A DNA stretch of 64,000 nucleotides, from the NCBI RefSeq assembly GCF_006345805.1, contig NC_043005.1:71300001-71364000 (forward strand), read 5' to 3'. Shown one piece after another: positions 61,761 to 64,000 of this stretch. Within the stretch, counting starts at the first letter, position 1. Every line of letters starts with the position of its first letter. Made by a program: the position numbers and the translations under genes. The notes under the pieces are model-generated. The model was not told where the DNA came from. It made no database searches and saw nothing but the letters and a program-made list of their open reading frames with translations. The DNA comes from Octopus sinensis. Its lineage: Eukaryota.

Positions 61761-63059
61761 AATTTTAAACTTAACCTATATCTATATCTACATATCTCTT
61801 TTTCTCACTATATATATATATATATGTATGTGTAAAAGAGAGAGAAGTCATGCTTCTTCTTTCATATTTGAACATACTTCTAATCTATTGCTGGTCTGAT
61901 AGCAGCAAATTGTGTATATATGTATATATATTTAAAGATATAGAGAAGAGCAGTTAAAAAAAGTTTGGCTTTTTTAACTGCTCTTCTTCCCCTCTATATC
62001 TTTATATATGGGTATATGTATATATGTGTGTGTGCATATATATATATATATATATAAATATTTGTGCATATGTATGTATATATAAATGTTTGTGCATATG
62101 TATATATATATATAGCAAATGAAAGATGGAAGATGGAATAGACGAGAATTTATTAATCACAACAATTGTTTCAACACATTTAGTTTGGTAATGAGAGGAA
62201 ATATACTTGTACAAATAATGCATTAATTTTTTTATATGGTATCGATTTTATTTCTCAACTAAGGATATAAATTATTACCACCAAATTATTTCGAAATTAT
62301 TTATAATTATTCATTGTATCTTTTAACTGAGTCATTCTTCAATTAATGTGATTTAAGTTGACTGTCTTCAATTAATGTGGATGTTATTACTTCATACATG
62401 TATGTATATCAATGCTGTATGTTTAATACTATCAGAGAAAGTGGCATGCAATTGGTCCTAATAAAGACAGCAAAACACGAAACCATTTGTTGCTGTGCAA
62501 GGAATATGCTAGAAGGATATAAATGCAATTTTCCACTATCTGAATTCCAATAATAAAAAATATGCTTACAAAATTTAGCTACTACTGTAATTCTATATTC
62601 AAGATCAATGTTAATAAGTTTTGTCATATAAAATACTAAAAAACAATTATCGTAAACAATAGCTGATATTGTTATGTCGACGGCCCCAGACTCCAGTTTG
62701 ATTATAATCTTTGTTTCTGAGTGTATGTTATTAGATTAGAAAACAAATTACGATAAGATTGTATCATGGTATTACAAGAACGGAGTTATATATGAAGAAA
62801 ATAAATTTCAGTTAATTAATCCTCAATGGAATTTATGCATTCAACGTCTCACATAAAAACAAACATGGATAATATGGATAATGTGGTGTTAGAATGTTGC
62901 ATACCATTATTCCTAATATTTGTTACCATTGTATAAGCATACTATCCTTCTATATCATTGGATAATTGTAGTCAGGTGTAGAACAACTGTAGAACAACTA
63001 GCATGAAATGTTGTAGCAGTGGACAGAAAAATTACTTTCTCATTGGGATCTATGATTAT

Positions 63060-63266
63060 TCTTGTCTACTCTAGGTCTGAAATTTTGGAGGAGAGGGCTA
63101 GTCAATTAGATCGACCCAGTACACAGCTGGTACAATTTATCGACACCCGAAAGTATGAAAAGCAAAGCCGACCTCCACAGTATTTGAACTCAGAATGTAA
63201 AGACAGATGAAATACTGCTAAGTATTTTACCCAGCATGCTAACGTTTCTACCAGCTTACTGCCTTT
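63060..63266 (-). mobile_element. SINE family B variant
   Basis: Family B head and central domain. Confidence 0.7.
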
Positions 63267-63431
63267 GGATCTATGATTATTGCATGAGCTTAATATCTAT
63301 AATAAATTTGTTATCTTCGAGTATTGGGCACTGTTCAATATCTAAACCAAGTATGTGCTGTGTGTGTATTTATACATTAATAAATATGAGCATCTATATA
63401 TGTATGCATATATACATACATGCATATATAT

Positions 63432-63900
63432 ATCATCATCATCGTATAATGTCCGTTTTCCATGCTGGCATGGGTTGCACTGCTTGACTGAAACTGGTAA
63501 GCCAGAGAGCTGCCCCAGGCTTCAGTCTGTTTTGGTTTGGTTTCTATGGCTGGATGCCCTTCCTAATGCCAACCACTCCACAGAGTGTACAAGGTGCCTT
63601 TTATGTGCCACCAGCACTGACCCCAACTACAACTTCACTTAATTTGACATATCTTCTCAAGCACAGTAAATTATCGAAAAGTCTTGGTCACTTTTCATCA
63701 CCTCCATGAGATTCAACATCTGAAGATTAAATTTCACCACCTCATTCCAAGTCTTCCTTATATATATGAGTAAACTTATATATATGAGTAAACATCATTT
63801 TTGCCTGTACTTTTCCATTCTTGCATGTGTCAAATGGACTTCAATAAGCAGATTTTCAATGTTTAGATATCCTTCCTGTCACCAGTTTTAACCTCTGTGT
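63432..63900 (-). mobile_element. RTE LINE 3' end (C-terminal codons plus tail)
   Basis: The minus strand reads RKTWNEVVKFNLQMLNLMEVMKSDQD and continues into the same tail family. Confidence 0.75.
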
Positions 63901-63906
63901 GTGTGT

Positions 63907-63960
<54 letters not shown>

Positions 63961-64000
63961 TGTGTGTGATGGCAAGTCAAAAATTATACGCACTCCTGTT

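Overview
AT-rich, microsatellite-laden animal genomic DNA, intronic or intergenic. The repeat families (abundant tRNA-derived SINEs, RTE tails ending GGACGTTAAACGATGATG, very long (TA)n/(CA)n/(CAT)n tracts) look like those of a coleoid cephalopod, probably Octopus; this is recognition from memory, not a database result. No complete host gene can be shown, only a few low-confidence exon candidates. Almost every ORF in the supplied track is a microsatellite read-through or a transposon relic. Identifiable content: a mariner end; a 2.5-kb 5'-truncated L1/Tx1 LINE; many RTE fragments and 3' tails; three hAT transposase relics; about 25 SINE copies of four families; non-autonomous Helitrons, including a tandem dimer and a 3.2-kb composite whose empty pre-insertion site survives as a paralogue in the window; MITEs; minisatellites; and many Penelope-like element (PLE) ends. 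The main result is a dense set of hammerhead-ribozyme (HHR) motifs from several unrelated PLE-type families. Three have a complete core (10851-10941, 58073-58127, 59596-59671). A young ~580-bp ORF-less HHR unit is present as inverted plus tandem copies (10556-11963). One short element joins a tRNA-like head to an HHR (37476-37968). One family has a fixed CUGUNGA core variant in five copies. Many element boundaries are approximate (within 10-20 bp).
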